Shown: positions 35,885-49,296, counted from the first letter of the stretch. The stretch: DNA of 64,000 bases from Lepidodermella squamata (GCA_047495785.1 JBLDXI010000048.1:992001-1056000), one strand, 5' to 3'. Translations and numbers: made by a program. Notes: generated by a model not told the origin, from the sequence alone.

Positions 35885-37318
35885 ATGTCTAAGCGACATA
35901 TTCAGTCGCAAAATTTGCAAACGCCCTCTGCTGGGCTGAACATCCCTGGCGTCAATTTAGAACCAGATGAATCCGAACGAAAATTTCGCCTCGCCGTACA
36001 AATGTTCTTCCCGTTCCTCATCGCTGGTTTTGGCATGGTTAGCGCTGGTCTTGTTCTTGATCGAGTCCAAGAATGGCACGTTTTCACTGAGATCCCAGAA
36101 ATATTCATCCTAGTCCCTGCGTTGATGGGTTTGAAAGGAAACCTTGAAATGACGCTAGCAAGTCGCCTTTCGACTCAAGCAAATACTGGTGCTTTAGACA
36201 ATGTGGAGACGCGAAATTTTATCATCAAAAGCAGTTTGGCCCTAATACAACTTCAGGCAATAATTGTCGGCTTTCTAGCAGCTATTTTCGCGATTTGCGC
36301 AAATTTCCTGAAAGAGGGGGAGCTTGATTTGGACCATGCTTACTTCCTAATAGCTGCGTCATCGATCACAGCATCTCTGGCGAGTCTACTCCTCGGAATG
36401 CTAACTGTTACGGTGATTCTCAAGTCTAAAAAGTACAATATTAACCCGGATAATGTGGCTACTCCTATTGCTGCAGCACTGGGTGATTTGATCACCCTAT
36501 TAATCCTGGTATTTGTGTCCTATCTAGCCTATATACCTCTCCAGTACGACAATGCCTGGGTAAGATCTCTTCGTAAGATCATAGACTGAAATGAGAGCAA
36601 TTTTTTCTCGTAGATTGATTTAGCACAAGCCCTCGGCCTTCTATGCGTTGTATCGCCGATTTGCTTCGTAATGGCTAACAGATGCGAGTATACAAAGAAA
36701 GCCCTGTATGAAGGAGCAGTACCTGTTATCAGCGCTATGGCTATTTCAAGCATGGGCGGATTCATCCTTCGCGTGACAGTTATGGTATTCGACAAAATCG
36801 CCGTATTCCAACCCGTTATCAACGGAGCTGGTGGTAACTTGGTCGCTGTGCTAGCTAGTCGGCTTTCAACACGTCTTCACGCGTCGAAAAATCGTCATCC
36901 GAAGAAAACTGATTCATACTCGCCCCTCCCTGATTATTCAGCGCGGTCACGCTTTGCTGGTTTTCCAAGAATTAAGGATGTGTTCTATGGCTCTGATCCT
37001 GAAAGTGCTACGACCAGGATTTTACTCCTCCTAGCTGTACCTGGTCATTTGATTTTCGCGAATTCGATAGCTTACATAACTACAGGAAGTGCTAGTCTAA
37101 CGACGTCCTTCACTATACTCTACCTTGCTGCTGCTCTTACTCAGATTGGATTCTTACTATATCTAGCCCATTGGTTGGTGGCGAAGCTATGGGCGAAGGG
37201 ATATGATCCTGATAACTGCGCGATTCCTTACCTCACATCAATTGGAGATTTACTCGGAACTGGGTTGCTGGCCATTGCCTTTACGATCCTTCAACTATTG
37301 GGCGACAGCTCGTTCTAA
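35885..37318 (+). CDS. SLC41: SLC41 (MgtE-domain) magnesium transporter
   Basis: Exons 35885-36559 and 36614-37318. PALMGLKGNLEMTLASRLST, NPDNVATPIAAALGD and DPDNCAIPYLTSIGD motifs. Confidence 0.95.
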
Positions 37319-37640
37319 AATACTATCGGCCTCGAAAAATACCCGGTGAAAAGATTGTACACTGCCGTACCTCTTAAATCCCATAAAGATCCCTTGATAA
37401 CGATTGAATCGAATAAAAAACACGAACATGAGGGTTGACACATTGCATTGTTTTGATATACTTGGAGGCTACGTATGACCGGCAATGTTTATTGATGTTA
37501 TGCCAGCCGTGAAGAGGTCGCGCCTCAGAACAAAGGTGTATCAGAAAAAAATGTTTGCCTGTCTCGCCTTACAAGGTATAAGTATGACCATGGGCCTACA
37601 TCTCCTCTCATTTCCTATATTCGTAGCATAGCTGCTCACG

Positions 37641-37964
37641 ATGAGACTTTCATCGATTTCAGGTCTTCTTTTGGTGATTTTCGCTGTTTCAAGCCAGGTT
37701 GAGGGTTATTACTCCCTCTGTCGAGTGGCTAATGAAGCCGCATGCCTCAAGTTCTGCATCGATAACTACGACCTTCAGGGCTACTTTTTACCATATGCTA
37801 TCGATCCGAATCAGGCTAACTGTGGCTGCACTGAGCCCTTTGAAAATGGTCTGGTTAACTCCCTGGAAGAGTGCAACGCATTCTGTGCCGAGTTGCCATA
37901 TAGGAATCGACTCCTACCTCACTACGAGCCGAGTTGCAGAAGCTGCAAATGCTATCGTCTATGA
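37641..37964 (+). CDS. Small secreted Cys-rich protein, tandem CxxxC...CxC family member 1
   Basis: Signal peptide; CLKFC...CGC and CNAFC...CKC plus two extra Cys. Confidence 0.8.
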   Translation: MRLSSISGLLLVIFAVSSQVEGYYSLCRVANEAACLKFCIDNYDLQGYFLPYAIDPNQANCGCTEPFENGLVNSLEECNAFCAELPYRNRLLPHYEPSCRSCKCYRL

Positions 37965-38104
37965 AAGCTGAGAGCTGACTTATTTAACTAATCAGTTGAC
38001 CTTATCATGAATGCACTGCCTGCACTTGTTATCTCTTAAATCATTGCCCTGTATTCCATCCCTTTTAACCATGTATTGAATAAACTTATCTTATAACCCG
38101 AAAT

Positions 38105-39637
38105 ATGGCCCAGAAACAGCGATCTGGAGATTCTTTGTCGTCAAGGAAAGAAGAGAAACCTGAGCACGATGTTCCATTTATAACAGTTGAAATCCAGTTG
38201 TTTCTATTCACAATTGCCTTCGGCATCTTTCAGCCTTTACAACAACAATTTATTTACCGAAGAATTTGCTTGTACAAATTTAATCAAGACGAGAGTTTCT
38301 GTGAGGCCTTGGACTCAACGCCAGCTTACCGAGTCCAGGAAGATGAAGTTCAAGCAGATTACGCAACGTATTCGACTCTAGTCTCCGTAGCAACATTCCC
38401 ACCAGCTATGCTAGCGACAATTATAATGGGCGTTTGGGTGGATAGGTTTTCGCACAGAATTCCTATAATAATACCTCATCTAGGCAGCATTTTGATCTCA
38501 TCGTGCTATGTGATATACTACCACATCCCCAGCTTAGCAACGTCTATCAATCCAATCTATTTGGGATTCCTGTCTTTTATACCAGGCCTCACTGGCCACA
38601 TCGCGGCTCAGAAGATGGCTTGCTCTTCCTATGTTAGTGCTGTGTCGAAAGGCGGTTCTAGGACGACTAGACTTGGCGTAATCCAGGGGACAAATTTGGC
38701 TGGCGGTGCTGTAGGAATGATCCTTAGCTCCTTCTGCTTCAGCTCTGGTAACTTCATGCTGGCTTTCTTAGTCCAGATTTGCATCAACCTCTACGGAATT
38801 CTATGCGCAATCGTGTTCGTCCCCGAATTAAGAACTCTGAAAGATGTTGCGGTTGATGTGAGGGAAAAGGCGAATGGATCATGGTGTCGTCATTTATGCG
38901 CTCCTCAAACTGTTATAGTCGACTCGTTCAAGCTTTTATTTAAATTCGCAGCTAAAACAGATAGATATCGTTTGGCTATGTTGTTTACCTACTCTCTTTG
39001 CGCTTCTCTGATTGGTATCTTCTCACTCCAGAACGTGACTTATGAATTCTTCACTCTGCAACCGATTTCGATATCCCAGTTCATGTATAACCTTACCCAT
39101 GCTGCTTTCAATATATTCAACGCGGCGGTTTTGATTTTTGGCATACGGTTATTGAAGAAACCGTTTTGCCTCGGTGGTTTCAGCGACGCTGGGACTGCTG
39201 TTATTGGCGGGGTTAGTCGTATTGTAGCTCTGATTGGAGTGGGCCTAGGTGACTACTACCCAGTTCTTTCACCGTGGGTCTATTCTGTCCTAAACATGGG
39301 TGCTGGTTTGGCAATGGTCTCCCTCAGATCGGGAATGTCAAAACTAACGGCTCTGAAAGATCAAGGCCGGCTTTTCGCAGTTATCGCTGTGTTCGAGAAC
39401 GCTTTCATCGCCGCGGCTAGTCTAGGTTTCCCGGCTTTGTACGGCGTTTTGGTGAAAAGCGATATTGGCTACGATACCGATTTGTCCTATATCATTCGAG
39501 GATACACGTTTTTCTTCGCGGCTGGTCTTGGTGTAGTTTTGCTTTTATTGACAATAATTCTTGGCTTAAAACCAATCCCTGGATGGTCCTTCAATTCAAC
39601 TCTCAAGAAGTATAGCAAAAAAGATATAACAGAGTAA
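38105..39637 (+). CDS. SLC46: SLC46/PCFT-like MFS transporter
   Basis: Intronless 510 aa; QQFIYRRIC...C...EDEVQ loop, GVWVDRFSHR, LRSGMSKL...DQGRLFA; about 12 hydrophobic segments. Confidence 0.88.
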   Translation: MAQKQRSGDSLSSRKEEKPEHDVPFITVEIQLFLFTIAFGIFQPLQQQFIYRRICLYKFNQDESFCEALDSTPAYRVQEDEVQADYATYSTLVSVATFPPAMLATIIMGVWVDRFSHRIPIIIPHLGSILISSCYVIYYHIPSLATSINPIYLGFLSFIPGLTGHIAAQKMACSSYVSAVSKGGSRTTRLGVIQGTNLAGGAVGMILSSFCFSSGNFMLAFLVQICINLYGILCAIVFVPELRTLKDVAVDVREKANGSWCRHLCAPQTVIVDSFKLLFKFAAKTDRYRLAMLFTYSLCASLIGIFSLQNVTYEFFTLQPISISQFMYNLTHAAFNIFNAAVLIFGIRLLKKPFCLGGFSDAGTAVIGGVSRIVALIGVGLGDYYPVLSPWVYSVLNMGAGLAMVSLRSGMSKLTALKDQGRLFAVIAVFENAFIAAASLGFPALYGVLVKSDIGYDTDLSYIIRGYTFFFAAGLGVVLLLLTIILGLKPIPGWSFNSTLKKYSKKDITE

Positions 39638-39692
39638 AATAAAGTTTAATTTAGCGAAAAAAGGAATTTTCAGAATCTGATGCATAGTAAAT

Positions 39693-40004
39693 TTAGAACT
39701 GGCAATCGCAACCCCCCAAGCCGTTCCAAACATGTTGCAGCTTGTCTTTGTAGATGCCGGCCTCATTCCAGTTTTCGCAATGCTGGTAGCATTCCTGCTC
39801 GTCTACAACATAGGCATACAGGTTGGGTACATTGCAAATGCAAGGCTCATCGGCGGATTCCGGATCAAACCATGTGAAATCCATGTTGTTATTGTTGCAA
39901 ATAACGGGACACTGTTCCTCGCTGGGTGCAGGGAAAGAAGCCTCCTGAGCAGCAACAAGGGCAACAATTGCCAAAGCAGCGAAAACTACGAGAATTGACT
40001 TCAT
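39693..40004 (-). CDS. Small secreted Cys-rich protein, family member 2
   Basis: Signal peptide then QEASF; CPVIC...CIC and CYQHC...CDC; TATAAAA upstream near 40070. Confidence 0.88.
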   Translation of the reverse strand: MKSILVVFAALAIVALVAAQEASFPAPSEEQCPVICNNNNMDFTWFDPESADEPCICNVPNLYAYVVDEQECYQHCENWNEAGIYKDKLQHVWNGLGGCDCQF

Positions 40005-40578
40005 TTTTAAGGGATTAATGAGAGAAAATTTGGTTGAACTGTTACGAAAAATGCTTTATTCACTCAGTTTTTATAGCCCGAATGAGTCGCGATCCGCGAC
40101 ACTGGAACGAATAGGTGTAGGGTATATCGGTCAACTGATGTCTGGCCCGCTTAACCAAAACAGGTGTTTTCACACTCGAAAATCAAAAAAACTAAAGCTG
40201 GGTACACAGACTCGCGATTTGTCGCGCATGACATTACCGTACTTGTTCATGGGCTCAGCTGTGTCGTCCGTGTCACGCTATGGCATCTATGTCGCGCGCG
40301 ACAAAATCCTGAATACTGCATTGCCGTGCTTCCTATCGACATCAATAAACTGCGTCAAAATTCAAGAAAAGAGTGACTCAATGCTAACAACCCGACCTAA
40401 AATCTTTACATCTTGAGTGGCTAAAAGCCAAATTACCAAAGCTAGGAGACTTAGAAAAAGAAATTACCTTATTTTTCAGCCGTGTCTTTTAAGAACAGAA
40501 TTATCACGCACGGTGCGAAGTACAGGGGTGCTTGGGTGTCGCGACACCCCAGACTCCACCCAGAGGAAGGCTTGAAAA

Positions 40579-40921
40579 ACCACAGGGGGACCCTTTCATT
40601 TCTTCCGCTGGGTCCTAGAAAACAAGTAGAAAACACCTCACCTCCCGGATCCTGTTATCGCGCGAAAATCTGCAAACCGCCCCAACTTCTCCGAAAATCA
40701 CGATGTCTTCAAAAATATAATTATTTATTTTTTGTAAATTACTCAGCGTATATAAGTTGAGTTATACACAGTTTTGGAGATTCCTACTTGATTATTGGAA
40801 TTTTTAAATATATAAATGTTCCGGCAGCTCCGACCAGTGCGCGAAGTAGAATATCCTCGAACTAAGGGGCGAAATTCGGGCCCGAATTTCATGACCAAAC
40901 AGCAAAGGGTCCCCCTGTGGT
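40579..40921. mobile_element. MITE-like element
   Basis: Perfect 18-bp inverted repeat ACCACAGGGGGACCCTTT (40579-40596 and 40904-40921); internal 20-bp palindrome 40871-40890; no TSD found. Confidence 0.55.
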
Positions 40922-41168
40922 AATTTTTGGGTTTTTTCGTCCTTGGCCTTGCGAACTTTAAACAAAAGGGACATTCCTCAGCCTGAAGCTTCGAAGATCG
41001 TTATTTTCGTTAAAATATTATCATCAGCATTCCGATCAGATTGATATTAAATGCAACCATTTATTTAACTTATCCTAATTAGCCTTTATTGTTTGATATG
41101 TATTATGTTCAGTTATATTTCATTATTAGGGTTTACCGACCACCAAAGAGAGAAAACTGATTGAAGGC

Positions 41169-41507
41169 TTAGTGGTGCTCAGGCTTGAACTGGCAGTCAC
41201 AAGATCCATAGCCATCATCAGAGGATTCCCAGACATGCTCGAGCTGGCCGGGGTAGATGCCTGAGTCGTTCCAGTTCTGGCAGTGAGCACGGCATTCATC
41301 TTCATCAACAACGTAGGCGATGAGGTTGGGGGCTCCGCAGATGCAGGACTCTCCGTTCTCGGCCTCAGTGTCGAAATAGGTGAAGTCCATGTTGTTGTGG
41401 TGGCAGTGGTCCTCGCAGTGATCCTCGGGAACGTCGAATGAGACCTCCTGGGCGCACGCGATGGCGATAGCTCCGAAAAGAGCGACAACAGCGATCATAG
41501 CCTTCAT
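41169..41507 (-). CDS. Small secreted Cys-rich protein, family member 3
   Basis: Paralogue of 39693..40004 (NNMDFT.FD, PNL.AYVVDE, CDCQF); strongly GC-ending codons. Confidence 0.9.
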   Translation of the reverse strand: MKAMIAVVALFGAIAIACAQEVSFDVPEDHCEDHCHHNNMDFTYFDTEAENGESCICGAPNLIAYVVDEDECRAHCQNWNDSGIYPGQLEHVWESSDDGYGSCDCQFKPEHH

Positions 41508-41890
41508 TATTGCTGAGATTTTATACTGATTTATGAGAAACTTGTAATAGAAACTGATGAAGTTGTAGTTAAGATCGCGAGGTTATATACCCCCATTAGA
41601 AAAGCACTTGACAGCGATTCACGACAGCTTCGTCAACATATGCCTAGACCACGCCTACCTTCTTGCTAAACTACCATCTGAACAAATATTGCCAAGTCCC
41701 GTGTTGGATATCTAGATTTTTCCTTGGTGCAGAGCTCTGATCAATAGTGTCTAAAATTGTCGTGAAATTGGAGTGTCGTAGGAATCAGGGAAGTTTCAAA
41801 AGTCCTTATCTTATCTCAGTTTGAAAATGATAAGCGTCAATGCTAGAGAGATAGAGAAAATGAATCCAAGACATTTGACTGTAGCCGTTC

Positions 41891-42508
41891 ATGGAGGAAC
41901 TAGCTCATTTTCTAATGTTCTCAGCCGCACAGCTAGGAAAAACAGAAACCCTCCAGAAATTCATTGACCAGGGTGGAAATGTCAATTTGCGAGGCGAGAA
42001 TTGTTTCACCTTTCTAATTACGGCTGCAGCTAATGGCCGAGCTGAGACTGTGAAATTACTCCTCGAAAAAGGTGCCGATTCGAATTTGAAGAATTCAGAA
42101 GGAAACACTGCGTTGATTCTAGCTGCGGGAATCCCATGGCACTACAGTGATAACAAAGCTATCGACGTTGTGAAAGCGCTGGTTGAAAATGGCGCTGATG
42201 TTAACGCTCGGAACAATCGTGGAACAACGGCTTTGATTGTTGCTTCAGGTTACGGTCATGAGAGTGTGGTTCAGTTACTCCTGGAGAATTCAGCCAACGT
42301 TAATGCTAGAAATTTGGATGAAGATACAGCTTTACATCGGGCGGCATCTTATGGCCATCGCGAGATAGTTCGAATGCTTCTAGAGGCTAAAGCTAATCCT
42401 AGATTGAAGGATGCCAAGGGAAGGAGTCCTCGAAAACGAGCTAAGGAGTACCCGGAGATACGAAGTCTCATAAAACAATACAAGGAGATGAAACATTACA
42501 AGAAGTGA
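41891..42508 (+). CDS. Ankyrin-repeat protein (about five repeats)
   Basis: Repeated GxTAL..A..G...VV.LLL..GA.VN motifs; intronless. Confidence 0.9.
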   Translation: MEELAHFLMFSAAQLGKTETLQKFIDQGGNVNLRGENCFTFLITAAANGRAETVKLLLEKGADSNLKNSEGNTALILAAGIPWHYSDNKAIDVVKALVENGADVNARNNRGTTALIVASGYGHESVVQLLLENSANVNARNLDEDTALHRAASYGHREIVRMLLEAKANPRLKDAKGRSPRKRAKEYPEIRSLIKQYKEMKHYKK

Positions 42509-42571
42509 ATCATTAATTGATACATCGATTTGTTTATTCAAGTAAAATACGCGAATTTTTAGTTTCAGTCT

Positions 42572-42892
42572 TTAGAACACGCAATGACATCCATGATCAT
42601 TCCAAATAGCTTTGATAAGGTCCTTGTAACGGCCGTCATTGTATTCCGAGCATTTTCCTCGGCAATCGTGCTCGTCTGTAACGTATAGCTCAATATTTGG
42701 CTCAGCGCAGAAGCAGCTCGAATCTTCGAACCGATCGTCGAAGAAGAGGAAATCGTGATTGTTCTGAGTGCACGAGTACCTGCAGTCTTCTTCACTCTGG
42801 GCGAAGATCCCGTCTTGTGAGATGATCAAGCGAGGTAGCATGCCAAAAAGCATGCACAAGGCTAATGAATATCCCAATTTTATAGCAGCCAT
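42572..42892 (-). CDS. Small secreted Cys-rich protein, family member 4
   Basis: Signal peptide; CRYSC...CFC and CRGKC...CHC. Confidence 0.85.
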   Translation of the reverse strand: MAAIKLGYSLALCMLFGMLPRLIISQDGIFAQSEEDCRYSCTQNNHDFLFFDDRFEDSSCFCAEPNIELYVTDEHDCRGKCSEYNDGRYKDLIKAIWNDHGCHCVF

Positions 42893-43416
42893 ATTTGTAA
42901 CACAAGTTTACAGTTTTTCATCTACATCCATGATTGAAATTATATACATTTCCATGTAAATAGAAAATTGTTATATCAGCTGGGCAGGGGTTAGTGCTCA
43001 TTGCTTGTTCATTCCTGAGCTGTTATACGTGTATTCCTATACATTTGGCATGTATGCACAAGTTTGCACACATTATTAGACGCGAATGAGAATTTCTATT
43101 TAATTTTAAGTTGAAGGCGGTCATCACCGTATGGCTCAAATAAACGTGTCCTTATGAAATTCGCTGGAGTTACAAAATCGAACTAGCTGAAAATATGATC
43201 GGGAGCGAATTCGGATCAAGCTTTACTTTACCAAATTCAAGACCCCAAGCCATGTTTTATAGCCTGGCGATATTACGTTATCTATGAGTTTGATAGATAA
43301 AAATTCTCAAGCCAGAGTTGATACGATTTTCTTATCGCCTGACCTAGGCTAACATAGCTCCATTTGAGCTTATACTCAACATTCGGGAAAAACCAAAAAC
43401 CACAAAAGCTATCAGA

Positions 43417-44781
43417 ATGACATCAAGCTTAGTTGATCCATTCTGCGATTACGATAATCCACGACCAATTGCGTTTGACATGGTCAAGGATGCTGCGGCA
43501 TTAATCAAAAATGGAGTGATTCGGACTCCCCTTTCGGTATGTTTTCATTCCACTCTGAAGCGCTAGAAAGCTGAACTTTCGGCTTATGTAGAAGTCACAT
43601 CTGAGCAAAGAACTCGGCATGAACGTGTTTCTCAAGAAAGAATACCTACAACATACGTCTTCATTCAAAGAACGCGGTGCTCGTTACACTCTGCTTAAAC
43701 TCAGCGACGAGCAAAAGAAAACAGGAGTCATCTCGGCAAGTGTTGGAAATCATGCATTAGGCCTAGCTTATCACGGCAGTCAACTCGGAATTCCTGTAAC
43801 CGTAGTAGTCCCAGTTACAGCGCCGCAAATGAAGGTCCAAAAGTGTCGAGATTTAGGCGCGAATGTTGTGGTTTACGGGTCGAACTTTGGAGAAAGTCGA
43901 GTTCACTCCCTTCAGATGTCTAAGGATCACGGCTTGGTGTACATCAACGGCTTTGACCATCCTCACGTCATCGCTGGGCAAGGAACAGTAGGTTTAGAGA
44001 TCTGCGAAGATCTTCAGAATTTCGATGCTGTTTTAGTGCCAGTAGGAGGGGGAGGTCTTATAGGCGGGGTATCATTAGCAATCAAATCTTTGCGGCCAGA
44101 CGTTGAAGTTATCGGCGTGGAAGCAGAGAACGGACCTGGTTTCAATCAGGCCTTCAACATAGGCCGCCCTCTGAAGGTGGAATACAAATTTGGCCTAACA
44201 GAAGGTGCTGGGACTGTAATGGTTGGCGCGAATGCTTTCGCAACAGCTAAACCGAATGTCGATCGAATGGTTACTGTTTCAGAGGACTATATTGCTTTAG
44301 CTATTCTTCGTATGGTTGAGTTGGAGAAGTCGGTTATCGAAGGCTTAGGCGCTCTAACCATAGCCGCACTCCTCGAGGGCAAGCTACCGCACTTGAGGGG
44401 GAAGAACGTTGTTTGCATCATGTCTGGCGGCAATATTGACACATCAGTCTTGTGTCGCTGTCTCGATAGAGGTCTTACATTGGATCATAGACTAATGGTG
44501 AGCAGATTCATCTCATTTGAAAGCTGATTAAACATGTTTATGCTTTTCAGAGAATTGAGATCACGGTTTCTGACAAATTTGGCGGAGTAGGCGGGCTGAT
44601 GCAACTTCTAGTACAGCAAAAAGCGAAAATAAGAGATGTGAAGGTTGAAAGAGCAGCTGTAAGTGGAAACGCTTATGCTGATCGAGTCACACTTTGTTTA
44701 GAAACAACTGGAACCCTTAACAGTGATGCACTGATGAAAGAGCTTAAATCAGCTTATGAACAAGTTGAACTGATCAGCTAA
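43417..44781 (+). CDS. PLP-dependent threonine/serine dehydratase with C-terminal ACT-like domain
   Basis: Exons 43417-43536, 43592-44497 and 44551-44781. [30 protein letters not shown] and SGGNID motifs. Confidence 0.92.
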
Positions 44782-45690
44782 CCGCTAATCCAAAACGATT
44801 TCTGATAATTAATAATAAAAATCAAAGAAGCTGAATTTCTTCGCTGGAAAGCCTTTTGTTCGTAAATTGCCTTGCGAGATTTGCCGAAAACCGCCGTGAA
44901 AGTTCTTTCCATTGCTGCAGACAACACGCTACGAAAACTGGCATTCCTGGCTGATGTTATGTACGCTGTCAGTATTAACAACATTCTCGGCAGAAAGAAC
45001 TCTTTGGCTATTTCGCCGCCTTAAAACCTTGCTCGGGTCAACTATGGTTCGGTTCATTGACATATCGACTTTGACATTGAGGAGAAAATCAACATTTTGA
45101 CCAGGCAATCGTCCCATAGGCTGCATGTTGTTCTCTAGTTTCCAGCTACACTTCAGTTGACATAAAATAACGGGAATTCTCCAAAAAATTTACTTTTTGT
45201 TAACCACTTTTGGTTAGGAATGCGGTGACCAACAAATTCCTGGCTACGCCTCTGCTATTGCGTGCATACACTATTCTTTATTCTCTAAAACGCGGCCACC
45301 CCAGCCTTGACGCTAATTCCTGAAAAATTTACGTCATTTAGCTTGCGTAAAGAATTTACGTCAGTTTGGATGGCTAAAAATAAAATAATTTTCTTCTGTC
45401 CCGGCGAGACGAGATCATTTTGTTGAATTAACACATCGCCGCTCTTTTTTCTCGCCGTCCACTATCTCCAATGAAAAGAGGGTACACGGTTATATGTCTT
45501 GATAGCAAAAACAGCATGTTCTTATTACCTAGCCACGATTTTTAAAAGTCTTTTCTATTCTTATCACTATCCACCCTGTGAAGCATCCCCATATATGACA
45601 GTTGAAGTTATCAGCATCTTCTTTCCAACTGCCTTAATTTCTGTTAATTAGGCTGTCCTCGCTACAGCAATAACAATATACAAATTGCAA

Positions 45691-47261
45691 ATGGACGTTC
45701 TAACAGCAATATTGGCAGAGGCTTCAAGCCACTGGAAAATCTATATTCCAATAACTGTTTTCCTATACGGATCATACAGACTGATCCTCGACAAATTCCA
45801 CCGCTTGCCGCCAGGCCCACAGGCTGTTCCTTACCTTGGCTGTCTTTGGGTTATGGGAAAGGAGTACGACCTTAAGGGATGCATGCACAAAGTCTTCACT
45901 CGACTCTCAGAACGCTATGGAAACGTTTTCCTATTCTATCTGGGACAAATGCGGGTAATCTGCATTAACGACGCGAAGACAGTTCAGGAAACAATAGTGG
46001 ACCAAGGCAGAGTGTTCAGTGCGAGATACGACGACAGGATCCCTGGCGCTGAGCTAATCTGCGGGAACGGCATTCTCACCTCAAACGACGATGTCTGGCG
46101 CAGAAACCGGAGATTTGGCCTGAGGGGATTGCGCGACTTTGGCATGGGAAAGGAAATGATGGTCTTGAAAATCCAAGATGAAGCAAGATATTTGATCAAG
46201 TTTTTCGAGGAAGCCGCCAGAAGTGGGGAGCCATTCTTCCCCCGCCATGAGATCACAAATGCCGTGTCTAATGTTATATGCTCTCTAGCGTTTGGTAAGC
46301 GATATGAAGATCCGAATGATCCCGAATTTCTCGACTTGCTAACCCAACTGGATAGCGTAATGAAAACGTCTCAAGAACCTTTAATCACTGTTTTCATTCC
46401 CTTCCTTCGCCATTTCTTCACATCCCCAATCGTAAGTTCATTCGAAGTTAAGATACAAAATGTGAATCTCTGTTTTTCAAAAAGATGAGGAAATTCACTA
46501 GATTCCATCGGTCTATCAAAGTTATAACGGAGGCCGCTATAAAGGAACATCGAGAAAGTTTTGACCCTGAAAACATTCGAGACTTTCCTGATGTATTCAT
46601 CCAAGCTGAGCTAACCGATGGGGATGCTATGAGTTTGGAGGACTTCAGTTGGATCAACATGGATATGTTCATGGCCGGAACAGAAACAACAAGCACGGCT
46701 CTGACTTGGACCCTTCTCTACCTCACGAAGTACCCAGAGATTCAAGCTAAGTGCCATGAGGTCATTGATAATGTTATCGAATCCGATCGACTCCCTATGT
46801 CAGCTGACAGGCCTAGAATGGTTTATATCGATGCTGTATTTCATGAGCTGATGCGGATCACAAGCATTGTCCCTTTGGGAGTTTTCCACTCAAATCGCGA
46901 TACCCCCGCCACGATTGCTGGTTATGAATGCCCGGTTAATACGATTGTGATTTACAACCAGATGAAAATCCATCACGAAGAGGCTTACTGGGGCGATCCT
47001 GAGGTTTTTCGGCCTGAGAGGTGGATTGATGACAAAACTGGAAAATTGCTGACTCATGCCGGTCATTTTCTGCCTTTTGGCTTGGGGCCCCGAATTTGCA
47101 TGGGCGAAACATTGGCAAGGAGCGAATACTTCATATTTCTAGCCGCCTTGCTGCATCGCTTTCGATTCGAATTAACTACGCCAGATGTTGATTTCAGCCC
47201 TAGTTCACCGGGTTTTATCAATCCATGCCCTGAGTACAAAATTAAAGTTCATTCCAGATAA
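45691..47261 (+). CDS. Cytochrome P450, CYP2 clan, copy 1
   Basis: Exons 45691-46431 and 46485-47261. LPPGP, RRFGL..LRDFGMGK, AGTETT, ELMR, PERW and FGLGPRICMG. Confidence 0.95.
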
Positions 47262-47726
47262 AGGATATGTGCTTGCTATCATCACTACGTGAATAAAGCC
47301 GGCAATTTATACACAGACTTTTTGTAAAAAATCTTTCCATGTCGCATTTCAGGCATACAAACACGATTAGTTTTTGTTCCTCTATTTGCGGACTATTTCT
47401 ACAGTATAAAAAACTGCATGCGTCAAAAGGGAGAAAAAGCTAGCCTTTCTCGAGGGCCGCCATACTACTATATGCATGTATGTGTGTGTGATACTATTTT
47501 TTGCATTCGTGTATAAGGGAGTGTAGCGTCTCATCGATTATTCGGCGTTTGGAGCAACACACTCTGCATTCATTTCTTTATCATCGTTAAAAATGTGCTA
47601 TTTTTTGGACAACAGTAGTTCGTTGAGAAACCACAGGAGTAAAACTCAGTAGTTCGCGACAATCTTGTAGCATTCATCCTACCTGGTCAAACTCTAAATA
47701 CTTTATTCAATATTCGAATATAGGCA

Positions 47727-49296
47727 ATGGATGTTGTATCATTAGCAGTGTCTGAGCTTGCCAGTTGGTGGAAGGTTGCAGTACCTTCAGGTTTCTTGCT
47801 ATACGGGACATGGCTGTACATCACAGACAAATTCTACAACCTCCCGCCTGGCCCAACGCCTATGCCTTTTTTCGGATGTATTTGGTACTTTGCGAAGGAG
47901 AGCGACCTCAAAGGCTGCATGCCTAAGCTGCTGCAACGACTCAGCCAGCAGTATGGGACCATTTTTACATTCTACCTCGGGCAGCTCCGCATGATTGCTA
48001 TCAACGATGCAAAGCTCGTTCAAGAAGCAATTGTTGACCAAGGGCGCATTTTCAGTGGCCGAATCGAAGAAACTATTCCTGGAGTCAAAGATATAACAAA
48101 CAAAGGCATAATATCAGCTAGCGGTGAGGTTTGGAAGAAGAACCGCCGTTTCGGCCTGAAGGCTATGCGAGATTTTGGCATGGGCAAAGAGGTCATGGCC
48201 GCCAAAATTCAAGATGAAGCCTCGCATCTGTTGACGTTCTTCGAAAATGCCGCGAAGAAGGGCGAACCAGTTTTCCCGCGCCATGAAATCTGCAATGCAG
48301 TGTCTAACGTGATCTGTTCATTGGCCTTTGGAAAGCGATATGAAGATCCTCACGATCCAGAATTCGTTGATCTTTTGGAGGAACTCGATTTGATTCTGAA
48401 AACTTCCCAAGAGCCATTAGCAACTGTCATAGTGCCGTTTCTCGCCCACTTTTACGTGCCGAAGAATGTGAGTTTAGCTTCAATATTTTTCTTTAAAGTG
48501 ATACGACTTGCCCATATATTTTTAGATTAAAACGTTTCTGAAATTCCATGAAAAGATCAAGAATATTACCAAAGCAGCCATCGATGAACATCGTATTAGC
48601 TTCAACCCGGAAAACATTCGAGATTTTCCTGATTTATTCATTCAAAACGAGCTTGCCGACGGAATGAGTTTGAGCGACGTGAGTTGGATTAATCTCGACA
48701 TGTTCATCGCCGGTACTGAGACAACAAGCACTGCTCTTACGTGGTCGTTGCTATACCTGGCAAAGTATCAAGGCGTACAAGCTAAATGTCAGCAGGTCAT
48801 CGATGAAGTGATTGAGTCCGACCGTATGCCGTGCCAAGCTGATCGGCCTAAAATGCCCTACATTGACGCGTTTTTCCACGAACTAATGCGGGCGACTTCT
48901 TTTGTTCCGACCGCGCTTTACCATTCGAATCTAGACGTTCCGACTAAGCTTGGCGGTTACGAGGTTCCGCCAAATACATTGCTATGCTACAACGTCATGA
49001 TGTTGCACAAAGACCCTGTCTACTGGAAGGACCCGCAGAATTTCCGCCCTGATAGATGGATCGATCCTACGAGTGGCAAACTACTCAGCCACTCGACGCA
49101 TTTCATGCCCTTCGGTACTGGACCGAGAATTTGTATGGGCGAATCGTTGGCTAGGGCTGAGTACTTCATCTTTATTGTGGCGCTTCTGCAGCGTTTCCGT
49201 TTCGAATTAACTACTCCAGATGTTGATTTCGATCCCAACGTACCTGGTGTCGTCATTCCGTCGCCCGAGTACAAAGTTCGGATTCACGCTCGATGA
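47727..49296 (+). CDS. Cytochrome P450, CYP2 clan, copy 2
   Basis: Exons 47727-48467 and 48526-49296; same motifs, FGTGPRICMG. Confidence 0.95.
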
